From Antedon mediterranea (taxonomy: Eukaryota > Animalia > Echinodermata), in the NCBI RefSeq assembly GCF_964355755.1, contig NC_092676.1, positions 21,036,871 through 21,100,870 of the forward strand: DNA of 64,000 nt. Direction: 5' to 3'. Positions 20,080 through 32,568 of this stretch are shown here, piece by piece (within the stretch, counting starts at the first letter, position 1; each line of letters begins with the position of its first letter). The position numbers were made by a program, and so were the translations under genes. The notes below the pieces were generated by a model. That model was not told the origin of the DNA. It made no database searches and saw only the letters and a program-made list of their open reading frames with translations.

Positions 20080-23000
20080 ATGGCAAGTGCACGGTAATGT
20101 TTTGTTTATTTAATAATGAACGGTATGACTATGATGGATGTCCCTACTACTACTAGCCTAGAGGCTAGACTAGGCCTAAAGTAATACTATTTATTAGAAG
20201 TAGGGCCTACTAACTACTCTAGCTAGCTAGGCCAGGCCTACTAGGCCTAGCTAATAATATTAATGATAATAAGTAGGCCTAGCTAGGCCCCTAGGCCTAG
20301 GTCGATTTACCGCCTAGGCCTACTACCTATGCCCTACCTAGGCAAGTAGTAGAATCTGTCTACAAATAGAGGTAGGCCTAGCGAAGTCTACTAGGGCTAG
20401 GCCTAGAAACTAGCTCTTCCTTCCTAGCTAAGCTTAACTAGAAGCCAGCTATCCTAGCTATAGGCTAGTATTACTAGAAGAAGCCAGTTTTCAACCGTAT
20501 GTAATTCCCGGTATTAACTATTAATGGTATTTTCAAATTCAAGAGACAATATTAATTATTATTATATTAATTTCAGAAAATAGAATTCGTCCTATTTATT
20601 TATGCAGTACCAAATAAAAATGAAGGCAATTTGTAAGAAATTAGTAGCATATACCACTTTTCATTTTATGCCTAACGTCCAGAGTTGTTCAAGAATTATA
20701 ATTAGGTATGTAAAAACTGCATTTCAAACTTTAAAAAAGACCTTATTTCCTGATTTCACATCCTTTTTACTATAAATATAATATATATAGTATAGATTTG
20801 TCAGCTAAAGTCACTAGATAGTAGTAGTGGGTGTTTTGGGAAGTACTGTTTGCAGTTTTCCTGGATTTGAGTAACGTTGTTTATTTTTTATAACTTACAA
20901 CTTCATTATTATTATATTATTTACAGGGATTACCACATCGTTCCTGTAGAGGAAGCTAGATCTTTCATACAAAGATGTATGGTGGCAACAGGGACGAGGG
21001 AGTCACATGCTAACGATTTAGCAGAGGTTTTAGTAACAGCTGATCACCGTGGTCATTATAGTCATGGAATGAATAGGCTTGGTATGTGAAATTAAAATTA
21101 GGTGAAGTGATTTGCCTAACGGTGGGACCCCTTGTTCGATAATAATTAAGCTGCTTTATGATGATGTCAGGACAGTGGAACTGCTTGCTAAAACACAAAC
21201 TGCATTTTTCTGGCCAATAGTGTATTGTCCGTAACCATCAATACACATACCTAATTATGTGGTACAGTAAATCAAATGCAATTACTTATTATTACAGTAA
21301 TAATTGTATTAATTTTGTACATTGCTATGTTTGGCTAATCTTCCCTTACATCGCTCTGGTCCTCACATCAGTCATGTGCCACCTTAGCCTCGGGGAATGT
21401 CTTTATCTGCTAGAATTGCCCCAAACACATGTAAACTATCTAGCCAGTTCTACTTCAACTTCAAAACCCTGCATACAAGTCTTGTCTACCATCAATTGAA
21501 ATCTTACCAGGTCAAGGTTTACAACAAAACCTTTACTTTTGTATAAAATTGTCCTTTATTTAAATCACAATATATTTATCTTAAGAGAGATAAAAGAAAT
21601 ATTTGAAATTGAATATGATTCAATTGAGCAGTTGGCTGACAATAGTATATGCTGTGATTTTTTTTCCATTTTATTGTATCAAGCTGAATATCATTTTTTA
21701 ATGATTTTTGATTTAATTTATTTTATTATTATTTGTATTTTCAATCAGATATGTATGTCAATGATATAAAAAATGGAATCACAGTCAGCGATAAGGATCC
21801 AGTTATCTTAAAGGAAACGGCAGCAACAGCCTGGGTTGAGGGAAACAACGTCTTGGGACCGGTCGTTGGTAAATTCTGTACAGATATTGCAATCAAGAAG
21901 GCAAAGGAGGCTGGTATTGGATGGGTAGTGGCCAAAGGTTTGCACTGCTTTGTGCTGTAAATATATGCTGGGATGTAAGGCAGTTCATAATAACATACCA
22001 CTGTACAGTAATACTGTATTTACTTAATACAGTGGCAGATCCAAGACTTTTAAATAGTTTAAGTAGGGGTGTCTGTGTCTAGAAATTGTAAAATTAAGTG
22101 CATTTTGGATCCACCCATGACCTATTGTACCCAATACCAACTTAGCTAAAATATCGGGTTGATTTTGTTGTACAGTAAGTATCAACACATCCTTGTAGTG
22201 TTCTCCCAATATTAGAAATCAAGTCTGGCAAATTGTCTATCAAACTTACAAAATATAGCCTTTGATTTGGTCTATGTGTATAATGGCTAGGCCTAACCTA
22301 CAACTACTTGATAAGTATTAGGTTATGTATAATTTTCTTCTTATACTTTTTTATTACCGATTAGAGCCAATTTAGTCCGGCAAATCTTACTGGCAAAACC
22401 TGCTTTGGTAGACTACCCTTATCTCTTTTTGAACAGTGAGTTTTGTGTACCAATTTGTATTTTCTGCCAAAGTAATAAAATAATCACTGTCGGGCCTGAC
22501 GCTTTTTTTTACTATTGACATTTAATGTAAAAACTACAATTTAAGTATATACACTGGGTACACTTCATCTTTTAGGTAGTAACCACTACAGTATAGCAGG
22601 TTGGTATGCATTAAAGGCTATGCAAGAAGGTTTAATCGGAATGTCTTTTACAAACACGTCACCGCTAGTAACTCCAACCCGTGCACAAAAGGTAAGGGCA
22701 GATATTGTAGTTAATACTTATTCAGGCAGCTGGAAATCCAACATTAATATGCAGTAGGTTTACCACCAGATTATGATTAATTTTACACAGAATTATAAAA
22801 TGTGGATATAAGCCAACACACTGCATATTTGTTCTCAGCCAAAATCAATTAAAAACAAATACTATTTCAACCATCAACCAAGAGGGTAACCCTTACAGTT
22901 TGGGCCAGTGGCTTAACTGATATTCAGCGGCCCTCTTTATTAAAATTAAAATACATTACAAACAATAATATTAACAATAATAATTAACAAGCAATCATCA

Positions 23001-26000
23001 AAACTCATATATATATATATATATAAAATATAACATTAAATTAGGAAAATCAGTATCAATATTATATAATATAAAATCAAATAATGTAGTAACAAATAAA
23101 TCAATAGGTCAAAAGTTTAAAATATACCTTTTCAACTTAAGTATATTTTCAATTTTGCCTCAGTGGATTCTTATTCTAACAGTTTCATTTCATTATTTTT
23201 TTGGTCTATTTAAGTATATACAAAACAAAAAAAACTGATATAATACTGCACATACTTTTACAATACCAATGCAATTTATTATTTAATTTTTATCAAGTTA
23301 TCAAAATAGAATAAAGTCATTGAGATTTTATTATATTATTGCTTATAATTACATATTGCCTAATTAATTTAATTTTGAGTACACATAATATTTTCAAATT
23401 GCTGTCTTTGTAATAATTTCAACTTGATGAAATGATATAAAATCTTAAATAATATATTCAGCCGTCACTTGGAACAAATCCTATAGCGTGTGGAGCACCA
23501 GCGAAAGATGATGATGGCTTTGTTTTGGACATGGCAACTTCAGCAGTGGCTTTAGGAAAGGTACAGTAGTGAATTTATATATTTTAAATTAAACGTACTA
23601 ATCTGCCCGCATTACTTTTTGCCAGTGTTTTAAGGCAGAAATTATTTTCAATGAAAAGAATTTTAAAGATAGCTGACATATTTTGTAACTGAACCTAACC
23701 CTGAAAAATATTCTCTAGCAGATATTAAAAAAACAAAGAAACCAATGGCACTGAACTCAGAGCTTGAAATCCAGCCTAACCATTCACTGGCTTCAGATAT
23801 CTTAGTTTTCTAGACACCCTCTCAGAAAGGCTATTGTTATAGTTTCATTTATGTCCATGCTTATATAGCGCCCTCTATAAGGATATATGTCACAACTATG
23901 CTCATAACTATACTTTTTTTTACCATTATTTCTTAATAGATTGAGTTGAATGATCGTAAAGGCATCCCAATTCCAGATGGATGGGGCTCTGATGCCAGTG
24001 GAAAGGTACAGTAATTTTCCCTATAATCCATAATATTTAAACAAAAATTAATAAAAATTCTCCATTTCAATTATTCAAATTAATTTTTTTGAACTTTAAA
24101 AACTTGATTTACTCACAATGAAAATAGTGTCATAGCATTGTATACTATAAAAAAAAACACATTAATGTATTTACTGTACTAAGATCTTATTTTAATATTT
24201 TATATAATATTTTTTAGGTATCTAATGATTCCAAAGCAGTTTTGAGTGGAGGAGGTTTAATGCCGCTAGGAGGTACAGAGATGTGCAGTGGTTATAAGGT
24301 ACAAGTACTTCAAATTGACCCTAATTTATGTAAATTTTAGCTATTTTATCTTTATGGAAAAACGTATATATTAATTAAATAATAATACCAATCACTTTTC
24401 ACAAAATTAGTATTTCTATTACAAATAGTTACCTCTTCATCAAATTAAATTGATTGATATTGTAATTTGAGCCATTTTGCTTGAAGGAAAGTGGTATATA
24501 ATTATACATAAGAAAATGCTATTTCTATTACAAATAGTTACCCATTATACGAGGTCATTGATAACCCTATCCTATCTAATATTACAAACAATTTTAGCAC
24601 TAATTTTTTTCTTAAAGGGCTTGTATAATTGTTTAAAAAAATAGAAATGTAAACCATTTTGGTTGGAATAAGTTCCTCTAGATGCTATAATGTTTAAGCA
24701 TATCAGTGGACTGTGTCTTGAATTTGCTAATCTTTTCCATTTACACATTATTTCCTAGGGTTATGGATTGGGAATGATGGTGGAACTATTTTGTGGCATT
24801 CTTGGCGGAGCAAACTATGGTCCAAACATTAGGAAATGGAAATCGTCTAGTGAAGTGGCAAATCTGGCAAGTTTTATAATGCTTTTGTTTTAGGTGACCC
24901 ACTTAATTTAATGCTTTAGTTAATAATTACACTTATAGGGCACTTACTTTCTATCATGTGACCAACAATCATCCAATCAAATGACTGGATTCTATTTACG
25001 TGTTATATATTTGTGCCTAATGCATTTTTCTCAAATTCTTTTCTATGAAAGGCTCTGAAACCTTATAATTGATCGAAATGACACTTTACAATTAATTTCA
25101 CTCTTCCCTGGCTATATTAAATATTTTAATGAACACTGTAGTTAAGATGATCGTTTGATCATTTCAATGTGATTGTTCGGTGGAGCTATTGTATTTAGTG
25201 GAAAAGGGCAATACACAGATACATTGTTAACAATTTTATGATTTTGTGTTTGAAAAACTGCTTTATTTTTTTTATAGGGACAATGTTTTGTAGCCATTAA
25301 TCCAGAGGCCTTCGCTCCAGGCTTTCCAGACAGAATGCAATCTTTTATTGATGACTTTCGTAATTTACCGGCAGTGAGTAATTAGTTTTTTAAATTATTT
25401 AATTAATTATAAAAAATTAAATGTTTTGTTGTATTAATAATAATAATAATAAATTTGGACTTTTAAGTGCATAATGCATAAAGCCTTTATGCACTTCACA
25501 TGAAAATAAAAGTAATCCATGAAATAAATAAAATAAAAAGGCTATTTTAATGTAATTCTTCATTTTGTTAATTTCTAGGCTGAAGGTGAAACAGAAGTGC
25601 TTGTGGCTGGAGATCCAGAGAGAAAACACATTGATAAAGTGAAGAAAGATGGAGGCTTATCTTATCACAAAAATCTTATTGAACACATTGTAAGTATACA
25701 GTGTATTTTATATATATATAGCCGAGAATGTTAAAAAGTCGCTATCCAATCGAGTTTGAACAATACCATGAAAGCCCCAGTGGTCTAATGGTTAGGACAT
25801 CTGCATATCAAGCAGGCGGTCCGAGTTCGAGTCTCGGTAGGGGCGACTTTTTCTCATTCTCACAGATTTCCTCATCTTTATCGTTTCAAATTAATTAATT
25901 AAATTTCAGTATATCACCGGGCGGTTTAGAATTAATGTTCTTTGCCTGATGTGTTTATATATATATATATATGTATATCAATAAGCTTCACCATTGTTTG

Positions 26001-26275
26001 ACATACCGCGTTCTACTATTTTGTGTCATTTATTCCTGGGCAGGGTGCAGGAGGCAAGTGTAATTTTTGTCCATATTTTCTTCAGTCTTCTTCTTTTTAC
26101 TTTCGCTAGAGCTAGTTTTGCAGGTGCATTTATTTAGTTTAATTTAGGTTTACTTTTAGAAGGCATTTTTCATCCAAGTTTAAATGCTAGCTATCTTATA
26201 ATTTCTCTCTGATTTTGTTTACAGAACACACTTGCCAACAGTCTTAATGTTGAGCCAATAAAGACCATAGATTAA
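20080..26275 (+). CDS. Ldh_2-family (malate/L-lactate/L-sulfolactate/ureidoglycolate dehydrogenase-like) oxidoreductase, ~361 aa
   Basis: Exons 20080-20093, 20927-21081, 21749-21937, 22576-22691, 23462-23560, 23940-24005, 24218-24298, 24759-24866, 25278-25373, 25579-25689, 26225-26275. Motifs [36 protein letters not shown]...[26 protein letters not shown]. One GC-AG intron. Confidence 0.92.
22860..23170 (-). mobile_element. Probable LINE 3'-end remnant
   Basis: Minus strand GAGGGCCGCTG...TACCCTCT stem-like motif followed by an AT tail, of the kind seen at the 3' ends of CR1/L2-group elements. Recognition only. Confidence 0.35.
25774..25845 (+). pseudogene. tRNA-Asp(ATC)-like cloverleaf inside a (TA)n-flanked repeat (25712-25975)
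   Basis: GCCCCAG-TGGTCTAATGGTTAGGAC-ATCTGC-ATATCAA-GCAGG-CGGT-CCGAG-TTCGAGT-CTCGG-TAGGGGC-G, with A and B boxes and a T-run downstream. It has an acceptor-stem mismatch and an unusual ATC anticodon. The repeat's 3' tail recurs at 2067-2120. Confidence 0.7.
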
Positions 26276-27680
26276 TAGCAGAGTTTTATTAGTAATTGAG
26301 TATGTATACAAAGGTTTTATACTTTTTATAATTCGTTTTACTAATTTTACTTGATATTTACAAGTATCAATAATAATAATAATGTTACTGTATGTCAACA
26401 ATAATATCAATAAATATTTAAAAAAATCAGATTATATATTACATTAATTTGATTGTTAACATTTAGATGAAAAAAATTAATAATATTATGCAACTGGGCT
26501 TTCATTATGGTATTTTCAAAGAGGCTAATGCGGTCATTGTTTTATGTTATGCTACCGTTACTATCTATTTTCCAGTAAACAGATGTCTTAAAAATATAAA
26601 TCTATTAGGTGCTGCTTCTCTAACTGCAGTTTACCCGTCCATATCTAGGCTGTATCATGTTTATATCATATAAGTGTTTTGGTGGGTGTAGTATTTTCCT
26701 GCTTTAAAACAAATTAATTATATTTTTGCATAACATTTTACCCACGCAATGAAAGTTATTTTAATTTAACGTTGGTTTTAAGATGTAATCATGTAAAGAT
26801 AATGAAGTATTATTTTAAATCATGATCTAACATATATATTTTTAAATTGCTAAATTGTATTAACTTATAGTGTAAATACAGATATCAATAAACAATTATT
26901 CATAAATCCATAAGCTGATTCTGTATTATGATGTAGACATTAGCGTATTCTGTTAGAAAAGCAACACTGACAGATTCCCTCTGCCTCTAGGTTATTTTGT
27001 ACTTTTGTCTAGAAAATGTGCAATTCAACACACTTGTAATTTTGTATATTTACAATGTACAATATCCACTTTACTATAGATGGTCCAACAAACAGTCCCC
27101 AACTCTTTTGAGTCGTGTTTCGTTTTTTTCTGTGTTTACAAAGATCGACCGCCTTTCTGAACGATGATGGCAGAATATAGGCTCTTTCTCATAAATGTTA
27201 ATTCCTTACTGTACATCTTATTTAGATAAAGTAAAACAATTGAAAATGATAACACTTCACAAATCATTTTTTCCAAACAAATTTATTTGGTAAATAAGAG
27301 CAGCCTAGCAACCCTTGCTAGAAATTAAAATTTAAAAAATTTGCATAATAAGCTGAAAATTTTCAAGATATTGCCCCACCCCTCCCAGTACTTTGCAACA
27401 ACATTTATTTTAGACTAAGTAGCACAACTAATACTAAATTTACTCATTAAAACATGCACCATATGATACTGTACTTTCAGAAAATCTTTGTTTTAATAGA
27501 AATCAACAATAGCAATTGAAAACCTGTTTCTATAAATGTTGATTGTCCATCAGAAATCAATCTCTAGGAAATGTTATCCACGATGTATGAACAATTATCA
27601 TTATTTAAAAAGTTAGATAGATAGAAAAACATTACTATACTACTTTCATGCAATCCAATAAGTACTATGCTGTTCACTAA

Positions 27681-27881
27681 CAGGCCTTGTCTTTTGAAAA
27701 TCATAGGTGTGCTACAAATTGCACTCCTCAATACATTCAGGGGTGCTGTAGGTGTGCTGTTTGTATTTTCGGTGTAAAAGTTTACCAAATTAAGGCGTGT
27801 TGTAAATCACACTCCTCAAGGGCACTTTAGGAGGGTGTTAGGTGAGTGATCGCACTCACTCGCCTTAAAAGACAAGGCCTG
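27681..27881. mobile_element. MITE with CAG termini (hAT-like)
   Basis: TIR CAGGCCTTGTCTTTT / AAAAGACAAGGCCTG; CACTAA on both flanks. Confidence 0.7.
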
Positions 27882-28413
27882 CACTAACTGCTAAATTAAA
27901 ATTTATTAAAATCTAACACAGGTACAACAAAACATGTTAACAAATTTAGAAAGTTTTTTTCGGTAAAAAAATATTTCTTATCAAGCTGAGCTTTATTGGC
28001 ATAGTATTCAATGGTATATTTATCTTATAATTATATTTTTATCAAATGTACAAACTTACAACTTAAAGAATATGAACATTTACATTAAAAGTCACTGTTG
28101 ATCACCTTTTGCAACTGTACCGAGCGACAATAGAAAGCATACAATTTTGATATCATTGTTTAATTCTGTAGATACTAATGCTTGTCATATGATGTTTGCT
28201 TTTTTAAAAATAAATATACAAGACCTGAGTACTCGGACGACAAACAATATAATGACTTATGGAGTTGACAAAAGTATTGACTTTGTTTAATGTACACTTA
28301 TTTAACCTAATTTAAAAATATGTTTAATAAACAGATTCAAATTGCTTCACTGCAGCAGAATTGTACAAAAATAGCACCATAGAAATAAAGTTTAAGATTT
28401 AAATTGAATGTAT

Positions 28414-31400
28414 TTAGAATTCGTCGTGCTTGATGAGAGCCTCTCCGAAGTCCGTGACTTGGCTGCCGACAAAGAGATCATACTGATCTAGAATTTCTTG
28501 TTTAGTAAGTTTCTCGTCCTACGCAAAAAAAAAAAATGAAATCAATATTAATATTATAACATTTCTTATAAGTGAGCTTACAGAACGTTTCGAAACGGGT
28601 TTTATTCTCAACTGACGTTTCCTCGTCTGGCGTTGTTTATCCTACGACAATGATGAGTTGGTATGGCACCACCAATAGGTCCAAAAGGACGTGCCCACCC
28701 TCCTCTTTCTTCAATAGTTGATCATATATGTGTGACAATTCATGGGCTCTCTTATCTCTGTTCATGATTTTCCCATGCTTCCTGATGTTAATCAACTCTT
28801 TTTTTCCCCTCTTTTGTTTGCGTATTGCATTCTTTTCCAAGAATAGCAGCATCCCAATCTAGGAGGTGATTGTGCTGTCACACAGATATGATTATGATTA
28901 TCTACCTATTGTTACCATTACTTACTTTATCTTTGTCTGACTCGTGTATTAAATGCTTTGCTTCAGCTTCAGCATGGTCGTAGTCTCTGGGCATAATCCA
29001 GTCGCCGATCTCCTCCCTGTCCATCTTTCCATCCTTGTTCTTGTCACGGTGTGTACTAAATTGTTCACGCTCCGTCTTTACCCAATCTGGTTCTTTTTCT
29101 CCGTTTTGAGCAACAAACATATCGCCTGTAGGTTATCAAATTGAATGTTAAATAGTAAATAACAGGTAATATGTAGTTTCAAAATATGTAAAGAATTCGT
29201 AAGGCATTGGTGACACCCTGTTAGGTCCCAAAGGTGTCTTCTTTAATATGGCTTCTAATGTAAAGTAAGCCCCCTTTCTTTCTTGTATCATTCTGCCTAT
29301 ATGTTATTACTTTAACTGGCCACTTAAGACCAGAAAGATCACATCCAGCAGAACATTTTCTGGAAAACAAATATAGTCTTACCAATATATTCTTCGAGTG
29401 AGACAGAGCCATCCTGGTTCTTGTCAACATCTTCCATTGTCTCATCAATGACAACCTCTCGCATATGATCAAACTCTTCTGGATGAAGGAAAGCAGTTAA
29501 CTCCTCTTTGTTCAAGTTGCCATCACCGTCTTTGTCAGCAGCTTTCCATCTCCTTTTATCTCTCCTGATCATCTGTTTGAAGTCTATTTGTTCAGCTTCA
29601 TCAAGCTTTAGAAGTTCTTCCTCTGTTAAAAAAAAGAATTATCAGTAATAACTATTTGCAATTTTGCACATATAGAATTCAAATGGTAAAGACAGTTTTA
29701 TCTGCTTAAGTAGTTCTTGGGTATAGTAATAGTATTGAACATTTGAAAGCATTGTAGTAGTTGTGTCAAATATAGCAGGTATCAATTTCAACAATTCAAT
29801 TTGTAGGAGCATTTTTTTACAAGTACTGTAAATTTGTGGGAATAACTACATGTCTTTCTCAGTCTAAATGGGCTGAATTGCGCACAGAATTGGACAATGT
29901 ACATAACATTGTTCATATTGTACAGCTGCCATTCGTTTGTCCACAATGACAAGGGCTGAAATGGATCAGTACAACAGGGTAACCACCTATTCTTTGCAAA
30001 AATGTTTACAAGTTCACACAACCCATATAAGTACAGACTACACAAGACATCCAGTTTTATGAACTCCTCCGTTGAGGAGAGTCTTAACCACGTTTGTGGC
30101 GCTCCTGCCTTAACTACACTACCACTCGACAAATGATTTTAAGTAAGAGGATAGAACCCTCACCAGTAGTGGCATATGTAGACTTGATGTATTCATCCAA
30201 CGTCACATACTTATCACTATCAATATTGTGCAATTGCCAACGTTCATTGACTTGTATAGAGATGTATTTATTCTGTGTATTTAAAGCATATTATACATGT
30301 CATAGTTATCAACAATTCTAATACACAAACACATTTTCTACAATATTAACAAGTAGAAATATACAGAATTTAGACAAGATTGTGTTTTAGTACACAGTAG
30401 CTACAGTATACCATACTATTTTTTTTTTGTTCCCTGGAGTGACAAATTTAATCAAAAGAATTTGGATGTGTTTATGTATAAAAACTGTTGATAAGACCTA
30501 ACAAAAATAGTTTGTTTGCTGTCAATTATTACATTTACATTTAACCTTGGTAGCAGTTGACCCCTCCTCACCCCACTTTGACAATGCAAAAGATAAGAAA
30601 CAATAGAATGACAATAAACAAAGCAAGCTTTTTGTTAGGTCTAAATTTAGTCCTAATTTAAGGACTGAAATAGAAGCTCACCGGGTAACCCGCTGTATGA
30701 TGTTTTATTATATTCATCAAATGTAATTTTGTCGTCCCCATCCACATTGTGGCCGGTCCACTGGGTGTCAACATCTTTAAACACATAAGTTTTCTGAAAG
30801 TGAAATTACGAAAATAAGTCTGTATTTTGAAAAACAAATTTAGTAGTGGTCATGCAATAATATTTAAGCCAAAAATAATTTTAATTGGTAAACATGCATT
30901 TAAAGACCAACAAGTTTTGTTGTATGGTAAATTATGTTTGTGTAAGCACCAGAACAAAACCAAAAATAAATGGGAAATACTGTATGTACCAATTAATAAT
31001 AAGACAAAATAAAATTAAAAAACAAGCTAGTAGTAGGTTGTTAATTTTGATATAAAATTTGCGGTACACCATGTGTATTAGTTCTGAAAAGAACTGTTGA
31101 GTTTCTCGACGTTTCGATCAATATACTTTGTTAATTGTTAGTAAAGTACATCATTTATGACTACTGTGTAATGAATTTAATTGGTAAAGGTCAGGCAGGG
31201 AGTTGTAAAATAATCTAAAATTATTTTACAACTCCCTGGATCAGGCAAGCTTCTCAAAAGTATGAAATACAGAATGAAATAGTTATCAATGTCCTTCAGC
31301 ATGACTCTATTCATGTGTTTTTAATTCTAGTAAATGAATCTTCATATGTTCATCCTGTACAGTATATTTGTTCCAATTCAATTTATTTGTCATGATTTTC

Positions 31401-32568
31401 CGAAAGAACCAATAAATATGAATTATTAATTGTCAAGAGATTATATGATTGTTTATAGGAAAACATTAAATTTGGTATAAATTGTTATTTTCTACCAAAA
31501 TGTGTACACAAAAGATATTGTATGTAATCATTCAATTGTTGTGTTGTGCCACGTTTTAATAGAAAGCACACATTTCTACTGGTATATATTTCTCTTGACC
31601 TCTGGGGCATAAACACTTAGAAGGTCAACAATTAGGAAATGCATGGTGATGATGTGGCACTAATCTATTTTAAAGCAACAGACTTTCCTTCCATGCAAAA
31701 TATACATAATTGAACTATGATAGACTATAAATAATATTTTTTTAATTGAAAGTATTCATTCTTTGTTTTCAATTACCCCATCCATCATAAACATACAAAA
31801 ATAATATTTTATTTTTATTCATATTATAGCAAATAGAATGGAGGCCTATGATTATACTAGCAGTTTAATATCAATGTATCAATATTAATTAAAATGTTTA
31901 AAAACTGAAAAAAAAGTGTTAATAAAAATAGCTAGTTAGTACGAGGTTTGAAGCATTTCAGTGTGATTTACTAATTAATCATTAATATATTAATGTAGTT
32001 TCTTACCTGCTGATTTTCAACCCATAATTTCAATTCATTGACATCAACTTTTTCATCATTATTGGTGTCAATTTTATCAACAATTTCACTGAAAATTTAA
32101 AATAAAACATTATTACTATTGTCAAATATTTTATTATTTTAATAATTTATTTATATTATCTTTTCCATATCATCTTATTAGTTAGACTAGCTAGGAGGCT
32201 ACTGTAGGTCTAATTAAATTAGTATATTATATAATTGCTTCAAAAAAGAAATAATAAAAAGACAATTATTTTCAGTTTCAGTTATTGTTTAGAGGCTAGG
32301 ATAGATCAAATTAAAAAAGGCTACTAACTACCACTTACCCGAGCCTGGCCTTGCTTTCTTCTGGACTAAGATCTTGAAATGTTCTTGCCTCTTCTTCGCC
32401 TAAAAATGCATCATGATCATAATCGGCATTGTGTCCATCACCATGAAAATGATCTGCATGACTTAATTTGTGCCCCCGATTATTACCATTGGGTTGATTT
32501 TCGGCTGGCTTGGCAGCGACTATTCCAATCAAGAAACATGCTAGGCTGAGGTGTACGATTGTTTTCAT
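28414..32568 (-). CDS. CALU: Calumenin/reticulocalbin (CREC family) EF-hand protein, ~322 aa, C-terminal HDEF
   Basis: Exons 32339-32568, 32007-32088, 30682-30793 (or 30164-30272), 29383-29622, 28926-29125, 28414-28518. Signal peptide, [15 protein letters not shown], multiple EF-hands, [19 protein letters not shown]. Confidence 0.92.
28580..28890 (-). mobile_element. Penelope-like element 3' fragment (GIY-YIG endonuclease tail), frameshifted
   Basis: Minus-strand translation [15 protein letters not shown] / [33 protein letters not shown] matches the PLE C-terminal pattern H..DW....L..E...R...E.I.I......MNRD....LS..YD. Lies in the last calumenin intron. Confidence 0.7.
30164..30272 (-). CDS. 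CALU: Alternative (duplicated) calumenin exon 3b encoding EF-hand 2
   Basis: cag|[37 protein letters not shown]|gtgag is homologous to exon 30682-30793 and has the same 0/1 phases. Confidence 0.8.

Noticed and set aside
25774-25845. Functional tRNA-Asp gene
   Set aside because: ATC anticodon, A at position 32, acceptor-stem mismatch, and embedding in a dispersed repeat.
20080-26275. Bacterial contamination or recent HGT of the Ldh_2 gene
   Set aside because: Ten spliceosomal introns and host-like composition; the family is known from other invertebrates.
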